From an uncultured cyanobacterium (GTDB lineage: Bacteria > Cyanobacteriota > Cyanobacteriia > Cyanobacteriales > Cyanobacteriaceae), in contig CAVQBA010000004.1 of assembly GCA_963710605.1 (NCBI GenBank), forward strand, positions 1,248,001-1,312,000: a DNA stretch of 64,000 nt. The letters run 5' to 3'. Positions within the stretch are counted from its first letter, which is position 1; each line of letters opens with the position of its first letter. The notes beneath the pieces were generated by a model. That model searched no databases, was not told where the DNA came from, and saw only the letters and a program-made list of their open reading frames with translations. The position numbers and the translations under genes are program-made. Below are positions 10,901 to 20,182 of the stretch, piece after piece.

Positions 10901-12130
10901 AACATTAGACTTGCGAAGAAAAGACTATCCAAGCAGTCAAATAAGTTGGCAGAAGAAAGTTCGTTCGCTGTCTTTTATAAGATACGCAGATGACTTTTTA
11001 CTAATACATGAGGACTTAAAAGTGGTCCACAGATGCAAAGAATTAATCTCTGAATGGTTATATGACATTGGACTAGAACTAAAACCATCAAAAACCAGAA
11101 TCACTCATATACTCAAACCAGAATTGAGCGAGGATAGAAAAGCTGGGTTTGATTTCCTCGGACATCATATACAGCAATATCCAATAAGTAAGTACCAAAG
11201 TGCGAAGCTAAATGGAAAACCACTAGGCTTTAGGACTCTCATAACACCAAGTAAGGAAGCACGTTTAAAGCATCAGAAAGATATGAGGGACATTGTGAGA
11301 AAACATAAAAACTCTCACCAAGCAAAATTAATCAAGAAGTTAAATGAGTGTATAAGAGGTTGGTGTAATTACTATGTCAACTCAGACGCTCAAACTGTTG
11401 GTGAATTTTCCAGACAAGACCACCTTGTATATCAAAAACTTAGAACTTGGGGCAAACGGAGGTGTAAAGGAAGCCTCAATAAAGCACATAAGAAATACTG
11501 GTGCAAAGTAGGTAATAATAACTGGGTATTTGCAGTCAATCAAGAGACGAAGAATCCCTTGAGGTTACTAACACATAGTGAATATAAATGTAGTAGTACA
11601 AACTATGTGAAAGTTAAAGATGACGTAAGCCCCTTCAACGGTGACTTGGTTTACTGGAGTACACGGATGGGCAAAAGCCCAGAGATGCCAAATCGAAAAG
11701 CGAAATTGCTTAAGATTCAAAAAGGGGTCTGCCCTTGGTGTCAACTTAGATTTCGTGAAGAAGATGTATTAGAAGTTGACCACATTCAAGCTCGTGCCTT
11801 GGGAGGAAAGGACACATACAAAAATCTTCAACTACTTCACGGTCATTGCCACGATGAAAAAACTGCCTTGGATATGAAGGAAATTTGGAAGCACAAGACT
11901 CTCAGTGATTTTTTAAAATCTAATAATATATTGGAAAATTACAATTGGTACTGGGATGAAAACGATATTCTAATAACCTTCAAGAAAATAAAGTGAAGTT
12001 CAATAACAAGATAGATATGTTGAGTAGCCGTGTGAAGCGAAAGTTTCACGCACGGTTTCGGAGGAGAGGAGTAGAGTGGAAACACTCACTTCGACTCTAA
12101 CTATCGTTGTTTGAGTGGATGGACGGCTGA
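7957..12130 (+). CDS. tnpB: RNA-guided endonuclease TnpB, intron-split: exon 1 7957-9355, exon 2 12102-12130 (spliced 475 aa ending NPLQLSLFEWMDG; unspliced ORF ends at 9387)
   Basis: N-terminal YKLKPS, RuvC residues GIDLG / IVMEAL / DADTNA, zinc ribbon CSSC..CLNC; the exon join stays in frame. Confidence 0.9.
9356..12101 (+). mobile_element. Group IIB (chloroplast-like class) intron, 2746 nt
   Basis: 5' GTGCGATTCGTT; domain V AGCCGTGTGAAGCGAAAGTTTCACGCACGGTTT at 12026-12058; domain VI ending CGACTCTAAC; EBS1 GTTGTA at 9832-9837 and EBS2 AGGGTT at 9750-9755. Confidence 0.93.
10107..11996 (+). CDS. ltrA: Group II intron reverse transcriptase/maturase with C-terminal HNH endonuclease
   Basis: RT0 GKKTAGVDG, RPLGIPTIYDR, GTPQGGVISPLLANIAL, RYADD, X domain RGWCNYY, CPWC..EVDHI..NLQLLHGHCH; start may be 10134. 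Confidence 0.95.
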   Translation: MLKVSVVVNMSNTESNQNTVEWENIDWRKVERYVFKLQKRIYAASRRGEVKKVRKLQRTLMRSWSNKVLSVRKVTQDNRGKKTAGVDGAKALSPEERMNLVGQLKITGKSKPTRRVWIPKQNSGERRPLGIPTIYDRALQNTVKSAIEPEWEARFESNSYGFRPGRSVHDAIKQIKNAIQKKPKYVLDADIAKCFDKINHLSLLKKLGYTGKIRQQIKAWLKSGVIDQKVFTTTSEGTPQGGVISPLLANIALHGIEIMLKEFVKTLDLRRKDYPSSQISWQKKVRSLSFIRYADDFLLIHEDLKVVHRCKELISEWLYDIGLELKPSKTRITHILKPELSEDRKAGFDFLGHHIQQYPISKYQSAKLNGKPLGFRTLITPSKEARLKHQKDMRDIVRKHKNSHQAKLIKKLNECIRGWCNYYVNSDAQTVGEFSRQDHLVYQKLRTWGKRRCKGSLNKAHKKYWCKVGNNNWVFAVNQETKNPLRLLTHSEYKCSSTNYVKVKDDVSPFNGDLVYWSTRMGKSPEMPNRKAKLLKIQKGVCPWCQLRFREEDVLEVDHIQARALGGKDTYKNLQLLHGHCHDEKTALDMKEIWKHKTLSDFLKSNNILENYNWYWDENDILITFKKIK

Positions 12131-12349
12131 GGTAATTGGCTGTCAGAATTCCCATTGTCTAAGGCGATAGCCGTACGGTGGGGTTCTTCAACTAATCATA
12201 ATATTTACAAGACACGATCGATTTAATAATTGTTCCGAAAGCTTAATTAATTCTCTTTTTCTCATCGTATTACTTTTATTGATTACATTAAATTGTTCTG
12301 TAATCTTTCTTTAAGAGATGGTAGTATTTTTAGAATATCGATCGTTTTA

Positions 12350-13084
12350 CTATTTTGCTCTTACTAAACTTGGTTTTTGTGTCCAAAAATGTAACAAGTT
12401 TTCGCTAATTAACTCAGGTTGAAAATAATGAAAAAAGTGATCTCCAGTTGGGCATTGCCACAACCTATCTTCTGGTTTGAGTTTTGATTGCCATTTTTGC
12501 ATTTCACTCCAAGGTACAATTTTATCTTCAATACATCCTGCAATCATTAAGGGGCATTGAATAAAATCGATCGCACTTTTGGAATTACTTTGGTATAGTG
12601 AATGATTAGATAAAGAATAAGGGATTGCTTTTTCTAAAATTTTGATAAATGCAAGACGATAATGATGGCTATGACAACCAAATAAATATTTAGCTACATG
12701 GGCTAAAACTATCTCTTGACTACAATGCCAATTGTTTCGCCAAAAATAATAATAACTAAGCCAATCTACGGCTAAATTTGTACCTACTCCTAAAAGAGTT
12801 AGCGACTTTACTTTTTCGGGATATTTTTGGGCATAAAGTAAGCCTAGCAAACCACAAGTACTATGACCGACTAAATGAATTGGTTTATTTAATAAACTCA
12901 AATAATCATTTAATAAATAAACCGCTTGCTCAATTGATGTGCCTTCGTCTTCTGTTTGTTCATATTCCCAATGAGCAATATCGACAGATTTTGATAAATA
13001 TTGAATTGCCGGTAAATTAAAGCGACGCAAGTAAGGATTTGTGTTTAACCAAAGAACTTCTGGATTTTTGAACATCTTTCTCAA
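12350..13084 (-). CDS. Alpha/beta hydrolase fold protein
   Basis: IHLVGHSTCG nucleophile elbow; GDHFFH. Confidence 0.8.
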   Translation of the reverse strand: MRKMFKNPEVLWLNTNPYLRRFNLPAIQYLSKSVDIAHWEYEQTEDEGTSIEQAVYLLNDYLSLLNKPIHLVGHSTCGLLGLLYAQKYPEKVKSLTLLGVGTNLAVDWLSYYYFWRNNWHCSQEIVLAHVAKYLFGCHSHHYRLAFIKILEKAIPYSLSNHSLYQSNSKSAIDFIQCPLMIAGCIEDKIVPWSEMQKWQSKLKPEDRLWQCPTGDHFFHYFQPELISENLLHFWTQKPSLVRAK

Positions 13085-13175
13085 TTAGAAAATAAAAATA
13101 CAGCGATCGCAATGATAACTTTTTAAAACAAAGGGCAATTACGAATTTATTTTAAACTTAATTACCGCTTCTTAT

Positions 13176-13190
13176 TGATAAATATTATCA
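13176..13190. promoter_or_regulatory. Putative Fur box
   Basis: TGATAAATATTATCA, one mismatch from the 7-1-7 consensus TGATAATnATTATCA, ~100 bp upstream of the hydrolase. Confidence 0.5.
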
Positions 13191-13362
13191 TCAACGATTT
13201 TAATAGGATAACTATTTTTAGATTTTATTGCAAGTTATTATCATTAATCTTGATTACAATCATTAAAATAATTGCAACGATCGATATTAGGTTGATTTCA
13301 AATCAAAATGCCATGAAAATGGTTAAGGATGATCACAAAATATTTATGTTTAGATTGTTTTA

Positions 13363-14169
13363 CTATTGCTTAAACTCAGTCACCAAAGTAACATTAACCC
13401 ATCTACCTTGCTCATCGTATTGTCTAATCATGCGTAATCTTTTATTCGGTTCGACTAACCAAGCAAACTCAACAAAGAAAGAATTTCGAGGTTTAATTGT
13501 GATAGGTGTGACTGAAGATGCACCATCAGGAAGTAATAAGACACGGATATCTAACTCTCCTTGACTAAAAGTGATCGCATTGCCATCTATTTGCCCTTTT
13601 GTTGTAACATTCATTTGGGGAGTGACTAATGTTTGAGACAAAGTATCACCTTGTTTTTTGATCGTTAAAGTAGTCTCATAATCATCTGTATTACGCCAAT
13701 CAGGATATAGGGTTTGGGCTTTTCCTCGCCATTCTCCTTCTAATTGTTCGATCGATAATTGTGGGCGTTCGACAGCATTGCTATTTTGTCTAAATTCCCT
13801 GATTAAAGTAACAGTTTCTAGATTACCTTTAGTATCAAATAGTTGTACTAACCGACAACGTCGATCGTTAATAATAAAACCATATTCAGCCGCAAAGATA
13901 GCATAAAGGCTAAATTGTTGCGAACCTTTAGCAAAATGACCTTCTTCAAATAAAAAGATGTTACGATTGAGATAAGTAAATTCACTAACAACAGGTTGAT
14001 TATTTTCACGAGTTAGAGTTAGTCTGAGAGTTTTATTTTCGTTAAGAGATTCAAGTCTCAATTCAGAAGGAGTATTTTTAATTTGCTCTGCTGTCGGTGA
14101 AAACTGAGTAAACGAACCGTTCCAAATACCTGTATTACTAACTAATCGTTCCCATTGAGAAATATACAT
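13363..14169 (-). CDS. DUF3598 family protein
   Basis: SQWERLVSNTGIWNGSFT, LEGEWRG, LLPDGASS, RMIRQYD motifs. Confidence 0.75.
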   Translation of the reverse strand: MYISQWERLVSNTGIWNGSFTQFSPTAEQIKNTPSELRLESLNENKTLRLTLTRENNQPVVSEFTYLNRNIFLFEEGHFAKGSQQFSLYAIFAAEYGFIINDRRCRLVQLFDTKGNLETVTLIREFRQNSNAVERPQLSIEQLEGEWRGKAQTLYPDWRNTDDYETTLTIKKQGDTLSQTLVTPQMNVTTKGQIDGNAITFSQGELDIRVLLLPDGASSVTPITIKPRNSFFVEFAWLVEPNKRLRMIRQYDEQGRWVNVTLVTEFKQ

Positions 14170-14718
14170 AATAATTGCTAAATATAATAATCTTATATGT
14201 AATTAATTTTACAATTTTTATCCACTTTAAATTAAGCAACTATTTACGATCGATTTTAAAGCACTTCCAATTAAAAATACTCATCACCATAAAATAAATA
14301 GTAAAGACAAGAGTAAAAACTATCATTCTTTAGATAGATATTGTTGCTTTGAGGCGATGTTATATTTGATACTTATAGCTTACTATTGAAAAAAATTTAA
14401 GCATTTTTAACAGAAGATAATTGCTTACTATATTTTAGTATGTATTACATTTTATTTATTACAAAAATCTTTTTATCTAATAATAATTAGTGAAATTAGA
14501 AAAATAAGCAAATAAAATTAATAATTCATAGATTAAAAAAAGCTAAATAATTTAAAAAAATAAATAAATACTTTGATATTGAGGTTTTAAACCCGTAATA
14601 AAAGGTAAAGATTAGTTACTGATTATCTATTATTTAGTTACGCATCAAAAATATTTTTAATTGTCATCGATAATTTTTTAATCATAACAGCTTGAAACAT
14701 AATAACCTTAAATAACTA

Positions 14719-16944
14719 ATGTTAAATTCGCCAAACAGTAAATCAATCGAATGGAAAAAAATTAGCGATGAAGAGGCTAAACTTGCTTCTTTATATAGTA
14801 ATAGAATTAATACTTTAAAAAAACAAAGACAAGAGTTACTAAATTCTTATAGTTTGTTAGAAGAAGAAATTAAAAGAAAACAAAAAACACAACAGGTTTT
14901 ATTGGCAACTAAAACTAATTTAAAAAAATTACTTAATTATTCTCCCTCTGTGGTTTATAGTCGACAAGCCGATCATAATTTCGGGATTACTTTTGTTAGT
15001 GATAGTATCAAACAATTTGGTTATCAACCTAATGATTTTTTACAAAACGAAGAATCATGGAAAGAATATATTCATCCTACGGACTTAGAAAACATAACTC
15101 AAAAATTATCTTTACTTAATTCGGGACAAAAAATTGTTACCGAATATCGTTTTGTGTTACCAGATGCTAGTTGTTGTTGGATTCAAGATCAATTTAACTT
15201 GGTTTATGATAGTAATGGAAAAGCGATCGAAATAATCGGTTCGTGGCATAATATTAGCGATCGTAAAAAATTTGAAGAACAACTATTTCAAGAAAAAGAA
15301 TTAGCTCAAACAACATTAGAATCGATTGGTGAGGCTGTCATCACTACAGACAGTCAAGGAAATATCCAATATCTCAATCCTGTGGCTCAAAAAATTACAG
15401 GATGGACAATTGAAGAGGCAAAAAATCTCTACTTCACTACAGTTTTCAAGACTCATGTTCAATCTTCAACCCAAATAGTCTCAGAAGTAATCGAAGATGC
15501 ATTAAAAGAAGGAAAAACAATTAGCGGCGAATGTGTTTTAACCAATCGTGATGGACAAAAATACTGCATTCATAAATCCATCGCCCCAATTCGAGATAAA
15601 GAGCAAAAAAATATTGGGATGGTCATTATTTTTCAAGACATGAGTCAAAAACATCAGTTATCAGAACAATTATTTTGGCAAGCGAATTATGATTCCTTAA
15701 CAGGATTGATGAATCGTTACTATTTTGAAGATAATCTCCAAAAAGCAGTGGTTAGTTGTCAAGCCAAAAATATCTGTCATAGTTTGTTATATTTAGACCT
15801 CGATCGTTTTAAAATTGTCAATGATACTTGTGGTCATCACGCAGGAGATGAATTGTTAAAACAATTAGGGGAAGTGCTTCAAAGCAAAATTCGTCCGCAA
15901 GATATGATTGCTCGTTTAGGGGGAGATGAGTTTGGTATTTTATTAAAACGAGCAGATTCAGTCTTTGCTCAAACCTTTGCCGAACAAATTCGTTGTGCTG
16001 TGGAAAAATTTGTCTTCTTATGGAATGATAATAGTTTTCATGTTGGTGTTAGTATTGGTTTAATAACAATCAATCGTACTTTTACACCCGCTCAAAACAT
16101 TTTAAGTTTGGTTGATAATGCTTGTTATGTTGCCAAAAACAACGGACGTAATCGAGTTTATGCTTGTCAGTTAAACGATCGACAATTACTTCAAGAAAGA
16201 AAACAAACCGAATGGATAATAAAAATTGAGCGAGCATTAAAAGAAAATCGTTTTTGTTTGTATAAACAAGCTATCGTCTCTCTTAACTCAAAAAATGGTC
16301 AAGCTGAAAAGCATTATGAAATATTATTACGAATGGTTGACAATGACCAACAAGTAATAGCACCGATGGCGTTTATTCCTTCAGCCGAACGTTATGGTTT
16401 GATGCCTAAAATCGATCGTTGGGTGATTGAGTATTTTTGTTCTGTGTATAAAAATTTATATATTTCTGATAGTCGTTTTTTTGCAATCAATCTTTCGGGT
16501 GCAAGTATCAACGATGAATTTTTGTTCGATTTTATTCAAAAGCAAATTAATACCTATCAAATTCCTGCGAATAAATTATGTTTTGAAATAACTGAAACTG
16601 TGACTATTGCTAACTTGACTAAAGCAAGTAAACTCATCAGTCAACTTAAACAACTAGGTTGTTTCATTGCTTTAGATGACTTTGGCAGTGGTATGAGTTC
16701 GTTTGGATATTTGAAAAACTTTCCTTGTGATTATCTTAAAATTGACGGTAATTTTGTTAAAGATATAGTTACTGATGCCACAGATGAAGTGATGGTAGAT
16801 TGTATCAATCGTATGGCAAAAGTAATGGGTATTAAAACTATTGCTGAATATGTAGAAAATAATGCCATCAAAAATAAACTAATAGATTTAGGTATCAATT
16901 ACGGACAAGGTTACGGTATTGATATCCCTGAAATACTTTGCTAA
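14719..16944 (+). CDS. PAS-PAS-GGDEF-EAL c-di-GMP signalling protein
   Basis: IHPTD/PAC motif, YDSLTGLMNR, ARLGGDEF, EILLRM, LDDFGSG, LKIDG. Confidence 0.93.
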   Translation: MLNSPNSKSIEWKKISDEEAKLASLYSNRINTLKKQRQELLNSYSLLEEEIKRKQKTQQVLLATKTNLKKLLNYSPSVVYSRQADHNFGITFVSDSIKQFGYQPNDFLQNEESWKEYIHPTDLENITQKLSLLNSGQKIVTEYRFVLPDASCCWIQDQFNLVYDSNGKAIEIIGSWHNISDRKKFEEQLFQEKELAQTTLESIGEAVITTDSQGNIQYLNPVAQKITGWTIEEAKNLYFTTVFKTHVQSSTQIVSEVIEDALKEGKTISGECVLTNRDGQKYCIHKSIAPIRDKEQKNIGMVIIFQDMSQKHQLSEQLFWQANYDSLTGLMNRYYFEDNLQKAVVSCQAKNICHSLLYLDLDRFKIVNDTCGHHAGDELLKQLGEVLQSKIRPQDMIARLGGDEFGILLKRADSVFAQTFAEQIRCAVEKFVFLWNDNSFHVGVSIGLITINRTFTPAQNILSLVDNACYVAKNNGRNRVYACQLNDRQLLQERKQTEWIIKIERALKENRFCLYKQAIVSLNSKNGQAEKHYEILLRMVDNDQQVIAPMAFIPSAERYGLMPKIDRWVIEYFCSVYKNLYISDSRFFAINLSGASINDEFLFDFIQKQINTYQIPANKLCFEITETVTIANLTKASKLISQLKQLGCFIALDDFGSGMSSFGYLKNFPCDYLKIDGNFVKDIVTDATDEVMVDCINRMAKVMGIKTIAEYVENNAIKNKLIDLGINYGQGYGIDIPEILC

Positions 16945-17118
16945 TTTATTCGTTAACTGACATTTTTTCAACCATAAATCTTTGTACCTTATCAAAGGTT
17001 ACTAGTTAGATAACCAAGGCTTTAGGCTTGAGAAAAAATATTTAAAAACATAATTCATTTATTAAATACTCTACCTTAAACAGCAGTAACAATTAAAATG
17101 ATTAATAGTTAATACTTC

Positions 17119-17158
17119 TTACTCATTACTCATTACTCATTACTCATTACTCATTACT
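17119..17158. repeat. STRR-type heptamer tandem repeat (ACTCATT)n
   Basis: About 5 direct copies. Similar arrays at ~3224, ~20197 (AAAGGGC), ~39393, ~45305 and ~46209 (GATAGTT). Confidence 0.9.
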
Positions 17159-17159
17159 T

Positions 17160-17921
17160 ATGGATTGGTTATTATATATTTGTACGGGTTTAGTTTCTGG
17201 TAGTTTGGCGGGTTTATTTGGTATTGGTGGCGGAATGGTGTTAGTAAGTAGTTTGCAAGCATTAGGTTTTAGTTACCCTCAAGCGATCGCTACTAGTAGT
17301 TTAGCCATTGTCATTACCTCCTTTGCTGGTAGTTATCAGAATATGGCGATGGGTTATCTGAAATTAAATAAAGTAATTGCCTTAGCCATTCCTGCGATGA
17401 TAACAAGTTTGATGGCGACTTACTTAGTAAATATTATTAATGAAAATATTTTACAGTTTTTATTTGCTTTATTATTGTTAACTAATATTTATCTCACTTC
17501 TTTAAAGAAAAAATTAGCTAAAAAAGAGCAAACTCCTCAACCAAAGAGTCAATTAAAACAAACTTTAGCTTTATTGTTTACAGGTGCGATCGCAGGAGTT
17601 TTAGCAGGAGTATTTGGTGTTGGCGGTGGGGTTATTTTAGTCCCCTTTCAAATGATTTTTCTCAACGAAAAAATTAAACAAGCGATACAGACTAGTTTAG
17701 GCACGATCGTTTTTACTTCCATTGCCGCTACGATCGGTCATTATTATAACGGTAATATATTATTCTCCGCAGGTATTCTCATCGGAATAGGTGGCTTAGT
17801 GGGAGCTCAATTAAGTACCCGATTTTTACCTAAAATACCCGATGATAAAGTTCGTCTAATGTTTAGTTGTTTGTTAGTTGTACTCGCTTGTTATTCATTC
17901 TATTTGTCTTTTAATAATTGA
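17160..17921 (+). CDS. Sulfite exporter TauE/SafE family membrane protein
   Basis: Duplicated GLFGIGGG / GVFGVGGG motifs; A.ATSS / A.QTSL. Confidence 0.88.
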   Translation: MDWLLYICTGLVSGSLAGLFGIGGGMVLVSSLQALGFSYPQAIATSSLAIVITSFAGSYQNMAMGYLKLNKVIALAIPAMITSLMATYLVNIINENILQFLFALLLLTNIYLTSLKKKLAKKEQTPQPKSQLKQTLALLFTGAIAGVLAGVFGVGGGVILVPFQMIFLNEKIKQAIQTSLGTIVFTSIAATIGHYYNGNILFSAGILIGIGGLVGAQLSTRFLPKIPDDKVRLMFSCLLVVLACYSFYLSFNN

Positions 17922-17959
17922 GACATCAATAATTACCCACATTAACAATTATCCACATT

Positions 17960-17987
17960 GTAGAGACAAGGCATGCCTTGTCTCTAC
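17960..17987. repeat. GTAG-type REP-like palindrome between convergent genes (possible terminator)
   Basis: Perfect palindrome GTAGAGACAAGGCATGCCTTGTCTCTAC. Similar REP-like hairpins at 20864-20892, ~45132-45160, ~49562-49584 and 63238-63258. Confidence 0.75.
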
Positions 17988-18016
17988 GGAAAAAATAAAA
18001 AACAAAAAATAAATTA

Positions 18017-20182
18017 TCAATTATCCTTAATAATCACAACTAAAGAAGGTTTAGGAAATTGATTTGCTTTTCTAGATGGCCAATTTGAGCCTTGGGGAAT
18101 CGATCGTTTTTGGCTAAATTGTTCATTACCATCAAGAGTCAAAACAGTCATATCTTGTTGCTTGAGTGCCATATCTTTTCTCGTACCCGTTACCTCCCCT
18201 GGATGTTGTACAGCTACAAATAAACTAGTTTGGTCATTACTAAAACAAATACCACAAGGCTCAGATTCCATCGGCATAGTTGCAAAAGGATAAGCATTAC
18301 CCGCATTTTCTCCAGACAAAGGTAAATACCATAAAGCATTATTACCTAACACACCGATCGAATTACGTTGCCCATTCGCAGAAGGTTGATTAAGCATACC
18401 CCCCGGCATATCTGTCACCATCCACAAATTGCCCTGCTTGTCAAACTCCAAATTATCAGGCATCGCAAAACCTAAACCACCATTAGCAGGTTCGCCTCCT
18501 GTGGCTATTATCTGCCAATCAAAAGTCATCGATGCAGGATTATTATCAGTTTCAGTTAAACGCATGATGCAACCTAAGTCATACATATTACCATTACGAT
18601 CGCTAAAAACACGTTTGTCTGGACTACCACTACTTCCAGAAATAGCAGAAGTAAAAGCAATCACCAAAGAGCGATCAATTGGGTGCAAAGCCACATCTTC
18701 AGGGCGAGCAGTATTTGTACCACCAATTACGTTACCTGCATAATGAGCATCAATTAAAATCGCCCCTTGTATTTCTTCTGAGGTATCGCCTTGATATAAA
18801 TCTCCTAATTGACGATACTGCTGAGCAAATTGCTCTAAATCTTTTTGTTGTTTAACATTAACAAACCCTCCTTCTGTGCGATTTGGGTTCGGTATCGGTA
18901 ACATTTCCCCTGCCAAATTTTCGATCGTAATTGGTTGAATCAAAGTATCAGCTTTTAAAGGTATCCATTTACCTGTGCCGTCTGCTTCCATTCTGGCTAC
19001 ATATAACATTCCTGCTTGTAATAGTTGCGAATTAGCTTTATCCTTGGGATCAACGACTTTAGCTTGAGAAACAAACTTATATAAATGTCCGCCAGTGCGA
19101 TCGCATCCTGAATAAAAAACAGCAGGTTGATTAGTTTCAGCACTAATCGCCACCGCTTCATGACGAAAACGCCCTAACCATGTATGTTTAGTGCCGTAAT
19201 CATTCGGGTTAGCAGGATCAACTTCTACCATCCAACCATATTTATTTCCTGCCAAACCAAAAGGATTTCCTTGCCCTGTAAAATTAGATACGGGTACAAA
19301 TTCAGGAGGAAATGATGTCCCATCTGCTTTTACTGCTTCGGGTACATAATTCTGATAATTTTCTTCAGCACTAAATACTGTACCCCAAGGGGATATACCC
19401 CCCGCACAATTACCAAACGTACCGATGATTTTATCGCCTAGATTGTCGATGTAACCGATGCCTGTTTGCTTTTTAAATATTGCGGTTGCAGGACCAGTTG
19501 AGGCTAAATAACGATCGTCTTGCCAACCAGATATTCCTGTAATTCTTCGATCTTGCTCGTTATAAGTACGTTCCCATTTTCCTTTTTCGTTACGACGTAC
19601 ACTAATCACGCCAATACCTTGATCGGTTAAAATATCACCATAAAACTCTTGAAATTTGGTTTTAATTGGTTCACCATCTGCGATCGCAAAAATGTTTAAT
19701 GCTTGTTTATTTCTTCTAGCATCTTCTAACAAATTAATCACATCTCGATCGATTTGTTTACCGACAACAGTAGTGTAGCCTTCTAACCAAGGTATAGGAC
19801 TAACATACTCAAAATTGACAACTAAATAACCTTCATTCGGAGTAGTTTCAATTAAGGCTGTATAGTCGTTGTTATAACCAAAACGAGAATCACCTACTTT
19901 GTCTCCCCAACTGGCAATTAATTGATAGTTAAAACCTTCTGGTAAAACAAGATCATCTTCTACCTGAAACGATCGATAAACTTGTTTTTGTTCTTGATTA
20001 TTAAGCTGATTAAAATCTAAAGGAATCGGGTATTTAATTGGTTTAAAATTAGTAAAAGGAAGATTACCTGTTACAGTAGGTGAATTTTGGGCTTGTAAAC
20101 CACTTTTCCACATCGAACTACAAGCACTACTCGCTATTCCTAAACCTAAAAAAGTGATAAATTCTCGACGTTTGATAGCCAT
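18017..20182 (-). CDS. phoX: PhoX family alkaline phosphatase (Tat-exported)
   Basis: MAIKRREF twin-arginine signal, NCAGGISPWGTVFSAEEN, LGRFRHEA, RPED, PDNL, VQHPGE; likely start 20182. Confidence 0.9.
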   Translation of the reverse strand: MAIKRREFITFLGLGIASSACSSMWKSGLQAQNSPTVTGNLPFTNFKPIKYPIPLDFNQLNNQEQKQVYRSFQVEDDLVLPEGFNYQLIASWGDKVGDSRFGYNNDYTALIETTPNEGYLVVNFEYVSPIPWLEGYTTVVGKQIDRDVINLLEDARRNKQALNIFAIADGEPIKTKFQEFYGDILTDQGIGVISVRRNEKGKWERTYNEQDRRITGISGWQDDRYLASTGPATAIFKKQTGIGYIDNLGDKIIGTFGNCAGGISPWGTVFSAEENYQNYVPEAVKADGTSFPPEFVPVSNFTGQGNPFGLAGNKYGWMVEVDPANPNDYGTKHTWLGRFRHEAVAISAETNQPAVFYSGCDRTGGHLYKFVSQAKVVDPKDKANSQLLQAGMLYVARMEADGTGKWIPLKADTLIQPITIENLAGEMLPIPNPNRTEGGFVNVKQQKDLEQFAQQYRQLGDLYQGDTSEEIQGAILIDAHYAGNVIGGTNTARPEDVALHPIDRSLVIAFTSAISGSSGSPDKRVFSDRNGNMYDLGCIMRLTETDNNPASMTFDWQIIATGGEPANGGLGFAMPDNLEFDKQGNLWMVTDMPGGMLNQPSANGQRNSIGVLGNNALWYLPLSGENAGNAYPFATMPMESEPCGICFSNDQTSLFVAVQHPGEVTGTRKDMALKQQDMTVLTLDGNEQFSQKRSIPQGSNWPSRKANQFPKPSLVVIIKDN

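Larger units (their letters stand above)
7796..12191 (+). mobile_element. IS200/IS605-family element (tnpB only, IS1341-like) carrying a group II intron
   Basis: Left-end hairpin TGTCGGCA..TGCCGACA (7796-7843). Right-end hairpin 12146-12186 followed by TTCAA (ends 12191). Both ends share CAGAAT(A/T)CCC. No tnpA present. Exact left boundary uncertain. Confidence 0.75.
9240..12210 (+). ncRNA. Predicted TnpB omega-RNA (scaffold ~9240-9355 plus 12102-12191, then flanking guide), interrupted by the intron
   Basis: TnpB omega-RNAs are known to overlap the tnpB 3' end and run to the right end. GGGGTCACCCC hairpin followed by AAGTTACG at ~9247-9267; right-end hairpin and TCAA. Boundaries inferred. 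Confidence 0.6.

Noticed and set aside
10107-11996. RT as a retron, DGR or CRISPR-associated RT
   Set aside because: It has RT0, X and HNH domains and lies within a full group II intron with domains V/VI and EBS-IBS pairing.
12192-12211. A target for the predicted TnpB guide within the window
   Set aside because: Only a partial AT-rich match (ATCATAATATT near 20741) was seen, which is expected by chance.
17949-17957. TTATCCACA DnaA box as a sign of oriC
   Set aside because: Single isolated match between convergent genes; no cluster seen.
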